Positions 24,501 through 37,900 are shown, counted from the whole stretch's first letter. The stretch: 63,141 bases of DNA, filler included, from Choristocarpus tenellus KU-1152 (GCA_964200185.2; 9 parts of 9 records of this genome joined end to end with filler, not necessarily neighbours in it), one strand, 5' to 3'. Notes: a model not told the origin generated them from the sequence alone. Made by a program: numbers and translations.

Positions 24501-26091
24501 ATAGTGTAATGTAATAATACAAACAAAATAATAATCCAGAATTCGTGACCAAAGCAAACATATATATTTACTCGTGTAGGATCCTTTCATGATAAGCTCA
24601 TTCCGAATGGATGTACTCTTCTTACCAACGACATCCATCGTGCATACAACCGCAGAATCGACACATACTCACACGATCCCCTCTTCTAGGTACTTACTGA
24701 TATCTTATCCAAACCCTCGTCTCTATACACCACTTACAATCTTACAGACATTGAGAGTCAAATTCGTGTCGAAGAATTTCGGCACTTTTCTACAAAAAGG
24801 AATGCTCCAACTAACAGATCTAGAAGCATTATACAACATCGTATGGGTATTGACACTACATAGATTTGTGAAGATGTGAGTTCATTGTTTCTGATATACA
24901 TTGTGGTGCACAACTGTGATAAATGAAATAAACACCTTGCTTTGTTAAGGAGGAAGAGGTGCATTGCCATGTTCAGATGGGCCAAACTCACCTGTGATGA
25001 CCCCGCTGGTAGGACCAGTGGCAAATTACACCATGTGTCTTCTCTTCCCCTACACCTTTCTGCCACCCGGTTTGCAACGCGCTCACAATACCCCTCCCAA
25101 AAAGCTCAAACACGGAGAGGTGCCCACTAACCACTGGTCTTGACAATGGCAAAAAAGAGAAACAGGAGGTAAGGTTTACACAAGAAATATACCCCCTCTA
25201 TCCAGAGCATTCACCCGCATGCAATTAGAACAAACCCTTCACTACTCTCAGTGAACACCACGCATGAAAAATGTTGCGTTATCAATTCCCCATGCCTACC
25301 TTGTACGAACACGTCTCATCATCTGCTTCTGCACCAATACAACCCATACACATTTTCTTCATCCTCATCCTTTACCTCTCACTTGTCTTAGCACACACTT
25401 TCACCCCACGCTGATTCCTCTCCGTGCAACATCCCTTGAGTCTTTAAATGTTTGGCCCCATTATTCAAATATGTCTCTCTCAAAACAAGTCTCTTCTTCC
25501 CTCATAGTGAAATTTACGAAAGCATGACAATCATAAACTTTTTTGCACACCGCATCTTGTCGAATTTACGTCTCATCGGAGAGTCCCCCCCTGTCAACAA
25601 TCGAACAACCACCTGGTTTACCTCGGCTGTCTCCAGAACGCATCGACCCTTTACCAAGACAGACACATGGTCTTTAATATTTCGCATTCCACATTACCGT
25701 GACAAATCGGTGCACCATTGAGGTTCGTTGTGAATATAGACACCGCGAGTGTTCTGTGTCTAGTGTGGTCATACAAACACTCACTATACACAACAAAAGC
25801 ACACGCCCCACACTCCTATCCTTCATGCACACTCGACTTCAGGGCAGCACACTCATTCACCGTGCTTTAGAATGCCAACCAGGACATGGCGATTGACTCC
25901 TTCAAGAACATTGGGGGTTTCAGCATTAACTACAGAACGCAGGTGGATTCCGCATCCGTACTGCATTAGACACTTCAACCCTGATAAAAACGTGGTGCAA
26001 ACCTGTTTCCTCCAGCAGGTTACACATGATCATGGGTTCACAACAGTACGGACTGGAAAAGATGTAAAGTGCCTTTTTCTCAACGATATCT

Positions 26092-26285
26092 GGGTAAAAG
26101 TATCTGAGGGGGGGTGCCGGCGTCCGTTTTCGACCCTTGCTTAAAGTATCTGGAGGGGGGTGACGGCTGTCCATTTGGGGCCAATTTTCTCATGTCGCGA
26201 TTTTTGGGTGATTTGGTTCCATACGTTGGATGGACAATGAAAGTGCACTTTTCCTGGTTTTGGTTGAAATGGACACTCTGGTGTA
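26092..26285. mobile_element. MITE family C left end (26092-26137) interrupted by a family B copy (26138-26285)
   Basis: GGGTAAAAGTATCTGAGGGGGGG..gtccgtttt matches the left end of 54389. It is followed directly by a second AAAGTATCTGG end and family B internal sequence. Confidence 0.7.
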
Positions 26286-26385
26286 NNNNNNNNNNNNNNN
26301 NNNNNNNNNNNNNNNNNNNNNNNNNNNNNTTAATTAATTAANNNNNNNNNNNNNNNNNNNNNNNNNNNNNNNNNNNNNNNNNNNN

Positions 26386-26461
26386 CCCATAGCGTCGTTT
26401 TAAGGTCGTTGGATTTGAGTTGTACATCCTGGAAGGTGAGCATTGAGGGGCGCCTGCAACA
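26386..26461 (+). mobile_element. 3' end of an LTR of the same family as 14204/18520
   Basis: cccatagcgtcgttttaaggtcgttggatttgagttgtacatcctg..gaggggcgcctgcaaca. No PBS follows, so it is a 3' or solo LTR. Confidence 0.8.
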
Positions 26462-27146
26462 AGACCTCATATGCTTGATGGGTATTCTGAATACATACCA
26501 TCAACCTTAGGTTTTCGATATCCTGATTAGATACTCATTTAGGTATTGTTTGTATATTGGACTTCATTTTGTATCAATGAAATCGTTTATTTTAATGGTC
26601 CAATAGTATACTAACAGTTACACATGTTTCCTATTTTGCTTCCCAGAACTCACTTTTTTGTTGACCTTGAATCATGCTTACATGGTTTCAAGGCCGACCA
26701 GAAGGGCGGGTGATATGGAAGCAGGTTTATCTGTGACTATACCGTTACTACCGTATGCCGTATACCGTCATACCGATTGAGGTTATTTTCTGAGAACTTA
26801 GGTTCAAGTGTATGGAGGATCTTCGGAGGGATAGATTTCTGTGCCTTCCCATAACTTCTTTTTTCCGAAGTCGGATCTCCCATCTCTGCAAGGTTTCTTT
26901 TCTGCTACCCATCCGAACCGTGATCCTCCCCCCTTCCTCAGTTCCCCACATTTTCTTGCAAGTCCTTTCAGTCTTCCTTCATCTGTGAAACTTTTTCCTT
27001 GTCCTCTCGGTTACGGTTCGTCTTGTTCTGTGTGATCCGTCTTGTCCAGGGACTCTCTTCAACATTGCTTGAGTGAACAATGTCGTCACATAATCACACG
27101 ATTCATACTACTTCATAAACTTGGGACTGACATATCTTAAACTGGT

Positions 27147-27299
27147 ACCCCTACTGTATAAGAGAAGTGGTGGGGGTTGGTGCCCTTGATGTGTGGAAGG
27201 AAGTGTGGTTAGTATAGTATATGCCTTGAAATGATACCCCCACTGTATAAGAGAAGTGATGGGTGTTTGCCCTTGATGTGTAGAACGAAGTGTGTTTAA
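27147..27299. repeat. Local direct duplication (~65 bp x2)
   Basis: actgtataagagaagtg.tggg..tgcccttgatgtgt.gaa.gaagtgtg.tta occurs twice, about 90 bp apart. Confidence 0.75.
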
Positions 27300-28266
27300 T
27301 TGAGTAGGGGTTCCGAAATTGTTTTCCCTTAGTTGTAGTATGTAGAGTATTATGTAGATTTCTGTATGGTGGTGTTTGTCCATGTTATCTGACAGATGGC
27401 GAACCAACTTTGGAACCCAAGCAAAGCCTTAGTCACGAATGGATTAAAGAACCGACAATATTTCTATTTACAATCATTGTGGTGAGTTACACTGTGGTGT
27501 TAAGTCAAGTTGCTCACTGCTAATCGCAAACAGGACGTACGAGGCAAAGTGGGTAGTGCAAGGCCGGCAGGAGCGACCCAGGTGATCCCTTCCACCAAAG
27601 CAAAGGTCATCTTTTTACTGAGCATCCTGCAAGTTGAGGAAGATGACATGCGGAGTTATCACTGCGCCTAGTCTTGCGATGTCCTGACAATATTGTTGGA
27701 GCAAGATTGAAGTGGAGACTCATCGAGAAAAATGAAGACAAAATTAGAATTTGATGGTTTCTTTCTCTCGATAGTCTGAGGAACCATTTCGGCGTCAACT
27801 TGTGTTGTCATCGATATACTTTAAACCCTAGAGATACATATACCCTACAGCAAGCTATTCTCTCATACGGGGGTAACAAAATTTAACACTATTCTGATCA
27901 AATGCGACCATACGTCGAACACAGTTTTACCCCCAAACCCGTTTAAATAGCACTGGTAAAGTCCGACTTCAAAGCCTGACTCACTAAGTCTTCCACATAA
28001 TGATCGAGTGTGCGAGGTGTATAGAATTCTTAGTAGAAACTAAGTCCGTGAGGAGGGGAAAATCTGCCAAGCACAGTTTTATCTCAGGCACCAAACAACA
28101 CGATTGCGACTGGACAGTCGCTAAGTGTTTTGCCCAGTCCTCGAGAACCCCAGAACTATATCCAGCGCATAGAACGCCAAAATATCTCATTTGATTTGCT
28201 CACGAAATTCTGGATTACTATTATCATATTATTTGTTTGCATTCCATCCATTCTAACCCTAACCAA

Positions 28267-28692
28267 CCAGTGCGACATCTTCGCCACTGATTTCCAGTCA
28301 CCCCCCCTATGCGATGACCAACCAATGCCAACTCCTTTCGTCACTTATTTCCAGCGACCACCCATCTCTGATGACCAACCAGTGCGAACCCCCTTTACCA
28401 CTGATTTCCAGTCACCCCCCACATCCGATGAATAACCAAAGCAACTCCTCTTGCCTTTGATTTCCAGCCACCACCAACCTCTGATGACCAACCAGTGCAA
28501 ACCCCCTTCTCCACTGATTTCCAGTCACACCCCATGCGATGACCAACCAATGCCAACCCCTTTCGCCACTGATTTCCAGCCACCGCCCACCTTTGATGAC
28601 CAACCGGTATGAACCCCCTTTGCCACTGATGCCACCCCCCACATCCGATAAACAGCCAGTGTGACCCCTTCGACACTGATTTCCAGTCACCA
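28267..28692. repeat. Minisatellite, ~53-bp unit, ~8 diverged copies
   Basis: Recurring ccactgatttccagtcacccccc..gatgaccaacca(g/a)tgc..acccctt. Confidence 0.9.
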
Positions 28693-30561
28693 CCCTACCC
28701 TTCAACTCCACTCAACCCCACACCACTTACCACTCCACCACACCATTCAACACCACTCCCTCCCACAAGACTTTCCCCCACTTACCGCTTCCCAAAACCA
28801 TTCAGAACCATTCAACAGCATCCAACCACCCAACATTTTCCCCCACTTTCCACTCCCCCACACCACTGAGCACCACTCCAAAATAATCCAAAAACACCCC
28901 TTCATCATCCACCTCATACCATGCCTCTGAACTAGAAGACATCTACGCTGCCCGAACTTGACCTCGCCCCCCCTTACCAAGCATCCCAACTGGTCGCGAG
29001 CAAGTGAAAGGGTGGGTGGGTGTGAGAGATTACTCAGGAGTTGTCTTCTAGCCCTCCTCGTCCTGTACCACCAGCCTTAGGTTTTCCTTAAGTTCTGACT
29101 ATTTCTTCTTACCTCGTGCTTCCACCTACCACCCATTTCTTTAACTTCTCTTCTACCTCTTCTGCCTCCTAGCCACTCAGTACTTAACTCTTCGTCCAAC
29201 CCTTATTATTTTTCCTTCCTCAACCCTCCCTTCCCTGCACATCATTCCCACCAGAAATGTCCCCCATGCAATACTCAAATTACTGCATAAACTTTCCCTT
29301 TTGTTATATTTTTTCAGACTGGAATATGGAGATCAAATGTATTCGTGTCGTCATCCTCGAAACTTTCCATTATGTCAAGGAAAATACAACTTGTTGTTAG
29401 GCAATAAGAAAGTTGTCGACAGTGACAAGAAGGTTTTTATTGTTTGATATACTTACTTGATTTGGACTGTTTCAGTCGTATATCAAGTACAACCACGTGA
29501 TATAGGTGATAGGATAAAATCTTTCTGAATGGTTGTAGCAGCTTCTCCACACTTTCAAGGGGTTGTTAACTTCAACTCAAATTCAAATGGGTGCTTGTAG
29601 GTACCTCCTCCTGCACTTGTCACCTCTTCTACTGTCTCGATTGGGCCTGATATCCACCATTCCATCCTGCAATCAATGTCCAAACCCTAACCTACAATAT
29701 ATACTCCATGCCTTTTACAATAACATCCATGAACGAAGTACGAGGTCTTCCCAGGAGAGAAATAGACTTCGAATATAAAATGTCTAAGCATCGTGTGGTA
29801 AAAGCTAAAGGTTAGGCAGAAGTGTTTATCAAATTTGTTAATGGATGCATGTACTCCTGAGTGCATGATCTATCCGTATATTGGTGTCAATTTGTCCTGT
29901 TCACATTGGTTGGAAACATATAAAATCACCCACCGTCTAACAAACGTCTTGTTAACTGGTGTGCAGGTCATTAGTGTCCCAAACCCAGGGTTTTTAACTC
30001 CTGTTCGACCACCAGTACAAAATGCGAGGATTATAGATCAATTATAATAATCATCATTAATAAAAAGGATCTTCTGCTCAATCTAGAACTGTGCTATCAA
30101 ACCAGAGGCGTCTAATTGAAGGCCTCCTCAACCCAGTCGAAATAGAGAAATCATAACTACAGTGGGAGGGGATGAATATTCTGTCTGTGCATGATATTGC
30201 CCATGTGTACTCATTATCAAATCCAATGTGTTTGGGTCAAATGCACACCATCCGTGTAAATGCGTTAGAAAATTATTATTGACTATACAAGAATTCAAAC
30301 TTGGTGGCTCATCTGCCATTTTGCGCCGTTCTAAAAATCAGACGTCCAAATAAAATGTGCCAAAGAAAAAAATAGTGTAAGACATAGGCTACTCATTTGT
30401 TTCTTCAAGATATGAAAAAAATTGCCAGCTCATACTGATTATTGATTGGTCCACTGCACTGGTTGTTGTTGTCCATTTGTTTATTCTGTATCACAACTCA
30501 TCATCACAACAATAACAGTAGATGGAAGTATAGGATCAGTTGATACACATCACACACAGGA

Positions 30562-30797
30562 GAGCCAAAGTACCTTAGAGGGTAGAGTCGCGTCCATTTG
30601 GGGTCAAAATCCAATGTTGCGATTTTGAATGTGATTTTGGCTATCGTGTTTGTTTCGGACACTCCTTTTCATAATCTATACATTTTAACTACTCCTCGAC
30701 ATTTTGGAGAAGGAAAACGGCATTAAAAAAACATGGGAAGTCAAACCCCAAATGGACAAACAGGGCGAAACTCGTACCCTATAAGATACTTTCACTC
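30562..30797. mobile_element. MITE family A, full copy, AGGA target duplication
   Basis: agga|GAGCCAAAGTACCTTAGAGGGTAG...TACCCTATAAGATACTTTCACTC|agga. Opposite orientation to the copy at 21285. Confidence 0.85.
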
Positions 30798-31138
30798 AGG
30801 AACATCATAGCATGCCTCATTCAAGTTACTTTGGATATTGATCCAAGTTTGTTCTTCTCTTACCTTTTGTTTTTTTTCTTTGTTGTTGTCTGCCTTCTCT
30901 CTTATTTTTTTATCAGCAGAAGACTCCATCTGCAAGTTAATTGTTGGTTATTATTTCTTTCTTGGTTGTCATGGCCCTCTCATAGAGCACCAAGCTCACT
31001 CTGCAATAAGTGTTCCTGATGTACACCTGGATGTAATATATTCAGAGTTAAAACCATCCACGGAAACCCTTGCCAGCCAAGGTAATAAGCCTCTCCGCTG
31101 AGCGTGGACTTCTTTCGTTGAGTTTCTCATGAAAGAAG

Positions 31139-31259
31139 ACTGAATTCACATCACATCATTCTGGACTGAGCAACCAGGAATACTGAATTCACATCACATC
31201 ATTCTGGACTGAGCAACCGGGAATACTGAATTCACATCACATCATTCTTGACTGAGCAA
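31139..31259. repeat. Tandem repeat, 43-bp unit x ~2.8
   Basis: actgaattcacatcacatcattctggactgagcaacc(a/g)ggaat repeated nearly perfectly. Confidence 0.92.
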
Positions 31260-32138
31260 TCAATGACCTCAGTTACAACAGAATAATACATCGGTGTGTT
31301 GTAGCACAATAACATCTTTCCACAACACAGACTATGCATTTTACTCATTGGTGCTTTGGAACACCATGATTCCTCATCGCTTGTAGTCCATGCATTTTGC
31401 TCACAAGTAAGATGCGTTTGATTAAGGTTTCAACAAAAAGTGCATACAAACATGGCATATGGGGTGATTGTCACAAGAAGAATCCCTGGTATGCTGCGTT
31501 GTATCTTTGTTGGTTGAGATTTTTGTGGATGAAAATATGGCAAGTGCTACTGCTGAAAGACCGCATGCCCATACTCTGGACACCTATTAATTTTCAGCTC
31601 TTTGTTCGACATTTCACCAACATTGTCAATTTTCAGTTGCCCTGACCTAGTTTTGATTGCTAACTCTTATTATACATTTAACGAACCCTATCCCTCTAGA
31701 GTAGTCTAACATTTTTCTTGGCCCTATGTCAGGACTGGTCTTTAGTAGGTGTACAACAGAGCAAATCATTGACAAACGTATCGATAAGTGATTGTGGATG
31801 ATGTAATGCTTCACTTGATCTTCTTCAATGCAGCCATACTTCCCTCCTAAGCTGACATACCTTTTCAAGACTAATTATCTGAGGTGCCCATTCACAGGTG
31901 ACAGGATGGCAGAGGAACTTTGGGGTTGGCAGGTAACGCCTACTGAAACATTCTGCAGCGCAGTATTGGAATTCTGAGATGTTGGTACCCACTTACGGGT
32001 TGATCCCTATCTGTCATCGTGGCAGAGGTTTTCCCCCCACCTCTACAAGAAGTAGTATCGTCTCTTTTTCCAACAGAGGATTATTATTCGAAAACCTGCA
32101 TCTGCCCACAGATGTTTGTCTGTCTTTGTTTCAAACAG

Positions 32139-32309
32139 GCTGGCACTACTGGCCTTGAAGCCATTTATGGTATTGGTGAGTCAGCAAATAATTCCGTTGT
32201 TATGGTTGGATATACAAAATCAGCCTGGGGTATTGACACAGAACTTGGACAAGAAGATTTTGCTGCAGTGAAGCTGGACGTGGATGGAGATGAGGTTTGG
32301 CGATGGCAG
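32139..32309 (+). CDS. Single phase-0/0 exon encoding one beta-propeller blade repeat of a brown-algal repeat protein family
   Basis: aaacag|AGTTGLEAIYGIGESANNSVVMVGYTKSAWGIDTELGQEDFAAVKLDVDGDEVWRWQ|gtattt; 171 nt = 57 codons. The DFAAVKLD.DG.E.WRWQ motif is characteristic of an expanded Ectocarpus repeat family. Confidence 0.8.
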
Positions 32310-33198
32310 GTATTTTTCTAACTTATACTGGGAGGTGGGGGTAATGGTTTGTGGCCATCCAACTTAGCAGGAAATTTACTTCTTTGCTGCCAAATGTTGA
32401 TAGGTGCTTGGTGGAATGTATTTGGTGCTGGAAGGGTTCTCCATTCCGTCCTTTCATTCTTGTACCGTCATGCCTCAGACCAAGCTGGCAGCTACCCTAT
32501 ATGAAGTCCTGGCGTTGACAATATTTCTTTTCAAGATACAGAAGCAACTTGCATGCAAATACATCTCTGTTTCGACCACCTTATCAGAGTCTTATATCAG
32601 CAATTCCTTGCTTCCAGAGTGACCTACTGAGTGTTGATTTTGCTGTGTTTGTGATTTTTTTGCTCCATTCTACTGCTGATTACCTGGACTCTCAGCTGGT
32701 TTGTCTCGACTACCATGTAAATTGCAAATATGATCATAATGATGAATATGTTGAAGATTGGGGTGGATTCTTGCGACAATTCATACTCTGCAGATGTTCA
32801 AGTACTTTGTATGCTTCTATGATGTTTAAAACAACATTAACTTCTTGCTGCTGCTCAGTCACGCAAGAGTACTTCTTTGAAGAGCTGACGATAGAGAACT
32901 GATTTTGCAGGCACTTTTTTTTTGTGGTTGGTGCACCTTACTGGAAATTACAACTTGAAATGATATATTGATCTCACCTCGCCAATACAATCGATTTTGT
33001 TGAAGCAGAAGTGGTAGCTGCACACATTGGTCAATTGCACATCTATGGTTGGCTTAATAATCATTCTAAACACTAAACATGGAGTGACTCAACATTGGGG
33101 CCAGTTGGCATGAGATAAAGGCAGCAAGGTTCGGGAGGATGTATGAATTGTCTGATTTGGGTCGTTGGTCGAGGGTCTCTCTGGTAAAGGAGTTATTC

Positions 33199-33288
33199 GA
33201 CCCAAAGTATCTGGGGGGGGGGGGGGGGGGGCTACACCAGAGTGTCTATTTGGGTCATAACCAGGATAAGTGCACTTACATTATCCAT
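33199..33288. mobile_element. MITE family B, partial at contig end
   Basis: GACCCAAAGTATCTGGGG..ctacaccagagtgtctatttggg. Confidence 0.8.
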
Positions 33289-33388
33289 NNNNNNNNNNNN
33301 NNNNNNNNNNNNNNNNNNNNNNNNNNNNNNNNTTAATTAATTAANNNNNNNNNNNNNNNNNNNNNNNNNNNNNNNNNNNNNNNNNNNN

Positions 33389-33398
33389 CTCAGGCTCC

Positions 33399-33441
<43 letters not shown>

Positions 33442-33730
33442 TTACAGCCTCAGGCTCAGGCTCAGTTACAGCCTCAGGCTCAGGCTCAGGCTCAGGCTCA
33501 GTTACAGCCTCAGGCTCAGGCTCAGTTACAGCCTCAGGCTCAGTTACAGCCTCAGGCTCAGTTACAGCCTCAGGCTCAGTTACAGCCTCAGGTACAGCCT
33601 CAGGTACAGCCTCAGGTACAGCCTCAGGTACAGCCTCAGGTACAAGCTCAGGTACAGCCTCAGGTACAGCCTCAGGTACAAGCTCAGGTACAGCCTCAGG
33701 TACAGCCTCAGGTACAAGTCCAGGTCCAGA
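33389..33730. repeat. Coding 6/12-bp tandem repeat (CAGGCT, CAGTTACAGCCT, CAGGTACAGCCT)
   Basis: Seen directly. Unit lengths are multiples of 6, which preserves the frame. Confidence 0.95.
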
Positions 33731-34914
33731 CTAAGTCACAGGACCATACTAAGTGCCAGGCTCAGCCACTGGTATCAGCACCAGCTTCCTCCAGGGTCTG
33801 GAATGAGGCAACTCAGAATCAGGCTCAGACTCAGACTCAGGAACAGCCTGAACCTCAAAAAAAGACCAAGGTTCAAGTAAAGGTCCAAAGCAGGACTAAG
33901 TTTCGAGCAGAGGCTAAGGCCAGGGCCAGGGAAAGGACACAGGCACATGCAAAGTCCAAAGATCACCCAGGCAAATCTGCGAGACTGCCTCACAGTGCTG
34001 GAAGTGGAGATGGGGGTGGTATTGCTCACGAAAACATGTGCGAGGAGAGGGATAACCCTGTCTTACCTACCAGCAGAGGTGGAAGGGGTGGTGGAGAGTG
34101 GACAGTCTCCAAGAGACCACGACTGGAGAAAAATGGACTAAGTATCCAGCAGCCATCAGTGGAGGTGCCAATGGATCCCCCTGAGTCCAGACCACAGTCA
34201 AGGGTTGGATACAGTGGACATTGGGATGACAGGGGTGGTCCTGTTGTCCCAGTTAGAGGCTCGGGTTGGACGAGTGCATGGGGTGATCAGTGGAGAGCTA
34301 ATGAGAGGACAACAGAGAGCAGGGGTAAAAACATTAACTCTGCTGCTGCTGCTGCTTCAAACAGGGGTGGTGGGGAAAGAGGAGTGGCAATGGGAGTTGG
34401 GGATAAGTGGTCCTCTCAAGCTGCTTCGGGGAACGAAGGGGGTATGGGTGGTAACATGGCTCCATGGCCCGGTGTTCCAGGGGGCGTACGCAATAGTAGG
34501 TGGAAGGATAAATCGCACCATAGCACAGGCCACATTGAAGAACAGGGGCGAGGGAAAGTTCCTCCAATGGGAGATGTTCAATGTCCACCCCGGTGGGGAG
34601 GTGGTGGTCTAGGGGGGAAATGGGAGCCACGCAGTAAGGTGGAAAGGGTAGCAAGGCAAGAATGGCTCCAACATTCAGGTCAAGCAGGACACATCCCTGA
34701 GACCAAAGTGTCACATGCAGACTCCTCATTGGTTGATAAAGAAACAGGATTATGGGCAGATCATCGGTTAAATGCCAGCAGGGGGAGGCTCCCACAGTCA
34801 AGGTCAGGAAGGAGTCCGGTCAGAAGATCAACACTGCACCATCAGGACAGAGGATGGGTAGGGGGGAGGATGAGTGGGGGGGACGGGCGTGCCAACAATG
34901 TGAGGTGGCACTAA
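33391..34914 (+). CDS. 5'-truncated large terminal exon (507 codons): (QA/QL/QP/QV)n tract followed by a Gly/Arg/Trp-rich disordered tail
   Basis: The frame is open from the contig start at 33391 through the listed ORF 34036-34914 with no stop. The first ~110 codons have Gln at nearly every other position. No family recognised. Confidence 0.7.
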
Positions 34915-37900
34915 AGATCCAACAGTTGGGTAGTGGATATAATGTTGTTATCGACTAAGTCAGAAATCTGGAGATTCAAGGTGACAGGTAACAGGTTGGT
35001 ACACAAGTACTGTCAAACAAAAAAATCATACTGAAGGAGTTAGCTAACTACACTTGTTGAGCTTGGCTGCTGGTATATTATGTGTGTGGTGGTGGGAAAT
35101 ATTGTTGCTTTGAGTTGGTAGTGGACAGGTGTGTTTGGTTGGTGGTGCGGGATGAGGGTGAGGTGTGAGAGTGTGTAGCCGTGTATCTCACAAGGTTCTG
35201 ATGTTGCAGGAGGAAAGGGACTGACATATTGGCAAGGCCAGCCTACGAGACTCCATGTAACAATAAATATTCATTCAAAGACCTACAGGTTTCCAATTTC
35301 TGGGCACCAATGGCAACCATTTCAAAGTTCAACTGCGCAGTATGTCACGATGAGACCAGATTAATGTGTCTCAATGTGAAGGACCTGTGCACCATACTTG
35401 AGTCAGAATATCATCAACAGTGTCCCGGTGAGGATTTCCTTACCTCAGTGTGCACATCCTAGTCTTTGATCCTGAAGACAAGGAAGATCATTCGTGCGTG
35501 TGTCACTCAGTGAAGACATCTTATACTTGTTATGATGGTATGATTCACTGTGACTTGCACAACAGCTGCAAATGGAGCCTTTCAACTTCCACGCAACAAA
35601 AGTCCTTTATTTGGTAAGACAATTTGGGCAGGATTGCCATCATCAACTAAGAAGCACGGAGCTACAGCTTGGTTCACCATATGCCCAAGCTCCATGTATT
35701 GGAGATAAGAGATAGGAAGCATTCACGCCCAGCAATGTCCTTCAATGTACTCAATACAACAAGTGGTTTCATTCTTTTTTGTGGGGTTGCTGCAAACCTT
35801 GAACCCACTATATTTTTTTATACTAGGCAGTTCCTGGTGAGAAACCAAAGGTAAGGGACTATTCCTCACCTGACACACTCCCATGACGCGAAGGAGTTAT
35901 CAAAATCTTGTTGTTCTTACAGGCTACGACCATTTACGCAATTCTTACCAATCTGCCAACCCTGTTCAGTCTCCTGGGAGGAAAAAAGTTGACAGTTTCT
36001 CACACTTAGTTGCGACTGCATGATCAGCAGCTGCTGGTGTATCGCACAGCATCAGTTGGAGGGAGTTGAGGTACGGTAGCAGGTGTGGGCTTATGAAACT
36101 ACGACCTTGAGTTCAAGACTGCCTTTCATGACGATAGTGGGTGCTGTGTACCTTCAAAATACTAAAACTGGGTAGAAAAAGATACTTCACGTATCTCATG
36201 TCCCATCTAATCCTGTGCACTCCCTAAAAACCCACCCTGGAGCACTAGCCCTATAGATGTAAGATCTTTTGGAACAGGAAGTAGTGATTTTACAAAGGAC
36301 ACAAACTCTTTTTTGCTCTACATCGTGATGCACCTCCGTTGTAGATACCTTTTTTCTCGTTAACATATACTATTTATAATTTCAACACTGATGTTTGCAG
36401 ATTAGTATTTGTTGCCATGCCACTATATACAGTAGGGGTCTACATTGTAATACGACTTTTCCGAAGAATGTTCTCAGAATTACAACAACCTTTTTTTCTT
36501 TTTCTTTTAGGGCTCGATAATATTCAACCTACACCAAACAGGAAACTGGTCACCCCCTAGAAGACCTCTAGACTTGTAATAGACGATAGCTCTTCTTGTG
36601 TATATATAGTCTAACATATGTTACTGCCCTTCAAAATCCTTGTAATTCTGTGCAGGGTCCAAAAAATGTTTGGGGCCTACTTCAATTTGTGGCGTATTCG
36701 AAATAGTAGATTACAATATGAAAACAGTACGCAATAATTAGTTTGCCTTATTTTTTATGTTTTATGGTGCATTTTTTCGATAAGAAATTTGAACGATTAC
36801 TACTCTCCATGCATGCTGAACCTCTAGTCCTGTGTGCGAAGCAGCCTCATTTCTTACTTATATCAAGGATACCCTATACTGTGGTATGTATGATATGACT
36901 TATGATTTCGTGCTTGTGTTTTTTTCACTAGACAATTCAAGTGGACGGAATACTTCCACAAATCGGTGGCAATGTACAAATAGCATTATTCCTGAAACAC
37001 TGTACATAATGGAATACTTGAAAGTAACACTTCACAATGAGTTTCACACAGCTATCACATCCACAACCGTTTCATGCCTATCTCTACAATCCTCCCTGTT
37101 TTTTTTGCTACTATACATCAACCATGCTGATGCCTGATTTTGATTGCTTTCAACTACAGGGGGCACATTTCGATTGTCTGGTTCCTTCAAGAAGTCAAAG
37201 ACACTGTCTGCCAGTCTCTTGGTTCACACAAGTGGTGCAATTGGACGTGCTTGTTCTCAATCCTGCCACCTGCTGTATAGTGCTAGTGCAAGTGGGCAGG
37301 AGGAAGCATGCCAATCGTTTTTTCTAGCTAGCTTGACCTAGAAGTCAAATTGATTTTACAGCTTGTTTCCTAGTTCCTGGACAAAGAAGTAGATAGGTTG
37401 TGGTTACTACTGTTCCATTTGCTGTAATGATATATTTCTGTAGCTACTGCTGTGCCAATGGTGAATGTAGTTTCAATAGTTATTTTTACAAGTAGCATGT
37501 TCTTGAACACTTGATCCTAGGACCTTTCTGGATGCACTCTTGACCCCATACCAGGTGCAGTGTCAATAACCATCATAATAGCAGATATGAGTGGGGCACC
37601 GCTAATAACCTGGGCGCCTGCATGCCTGGTAACAGCCTCACATGTACTGTCATGTGAAGGGAGGGCATTTCATTTTCTGAGGTGGAATAAGATCAACACT
37701 TTCTGTAACCATGGCAGTTTGTTGCCGAGGAGTCTGGCCAAATTTTGCTCGAACTGGGATAATCCCGTGTGTATGTATGTGTGTATCACTTGTATTGCCT
37801 ATTCAAGGAGCTGTACGAAATACTATTGGTAGTAATATTGTTGTGATTGGATCCATTTTGCATCAACAGCGCCCCTATTCTCCAAGTACTGCTTACGAAG

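Noticed and set aside
27400-28200. FVFIFLDES on the minus strand, resembling the first Asp motif of IS630/Tc1 transposases
   Set aside because: A single short motif with no supporting downstream motifs or TIRs.
28267-28692. 53-bp repeats as a CRISPR array or coding repeat
   Set aside because: The whole unit is repeated, its length is not a consistent multiple of 3, and the frames contain stops.
31139-31259. 43-bp direct repeats as a possible CRISPR array
   Set aside because: The units are contiguous with no unique spacers, there are no cas genes, and the context is eukaryotic.
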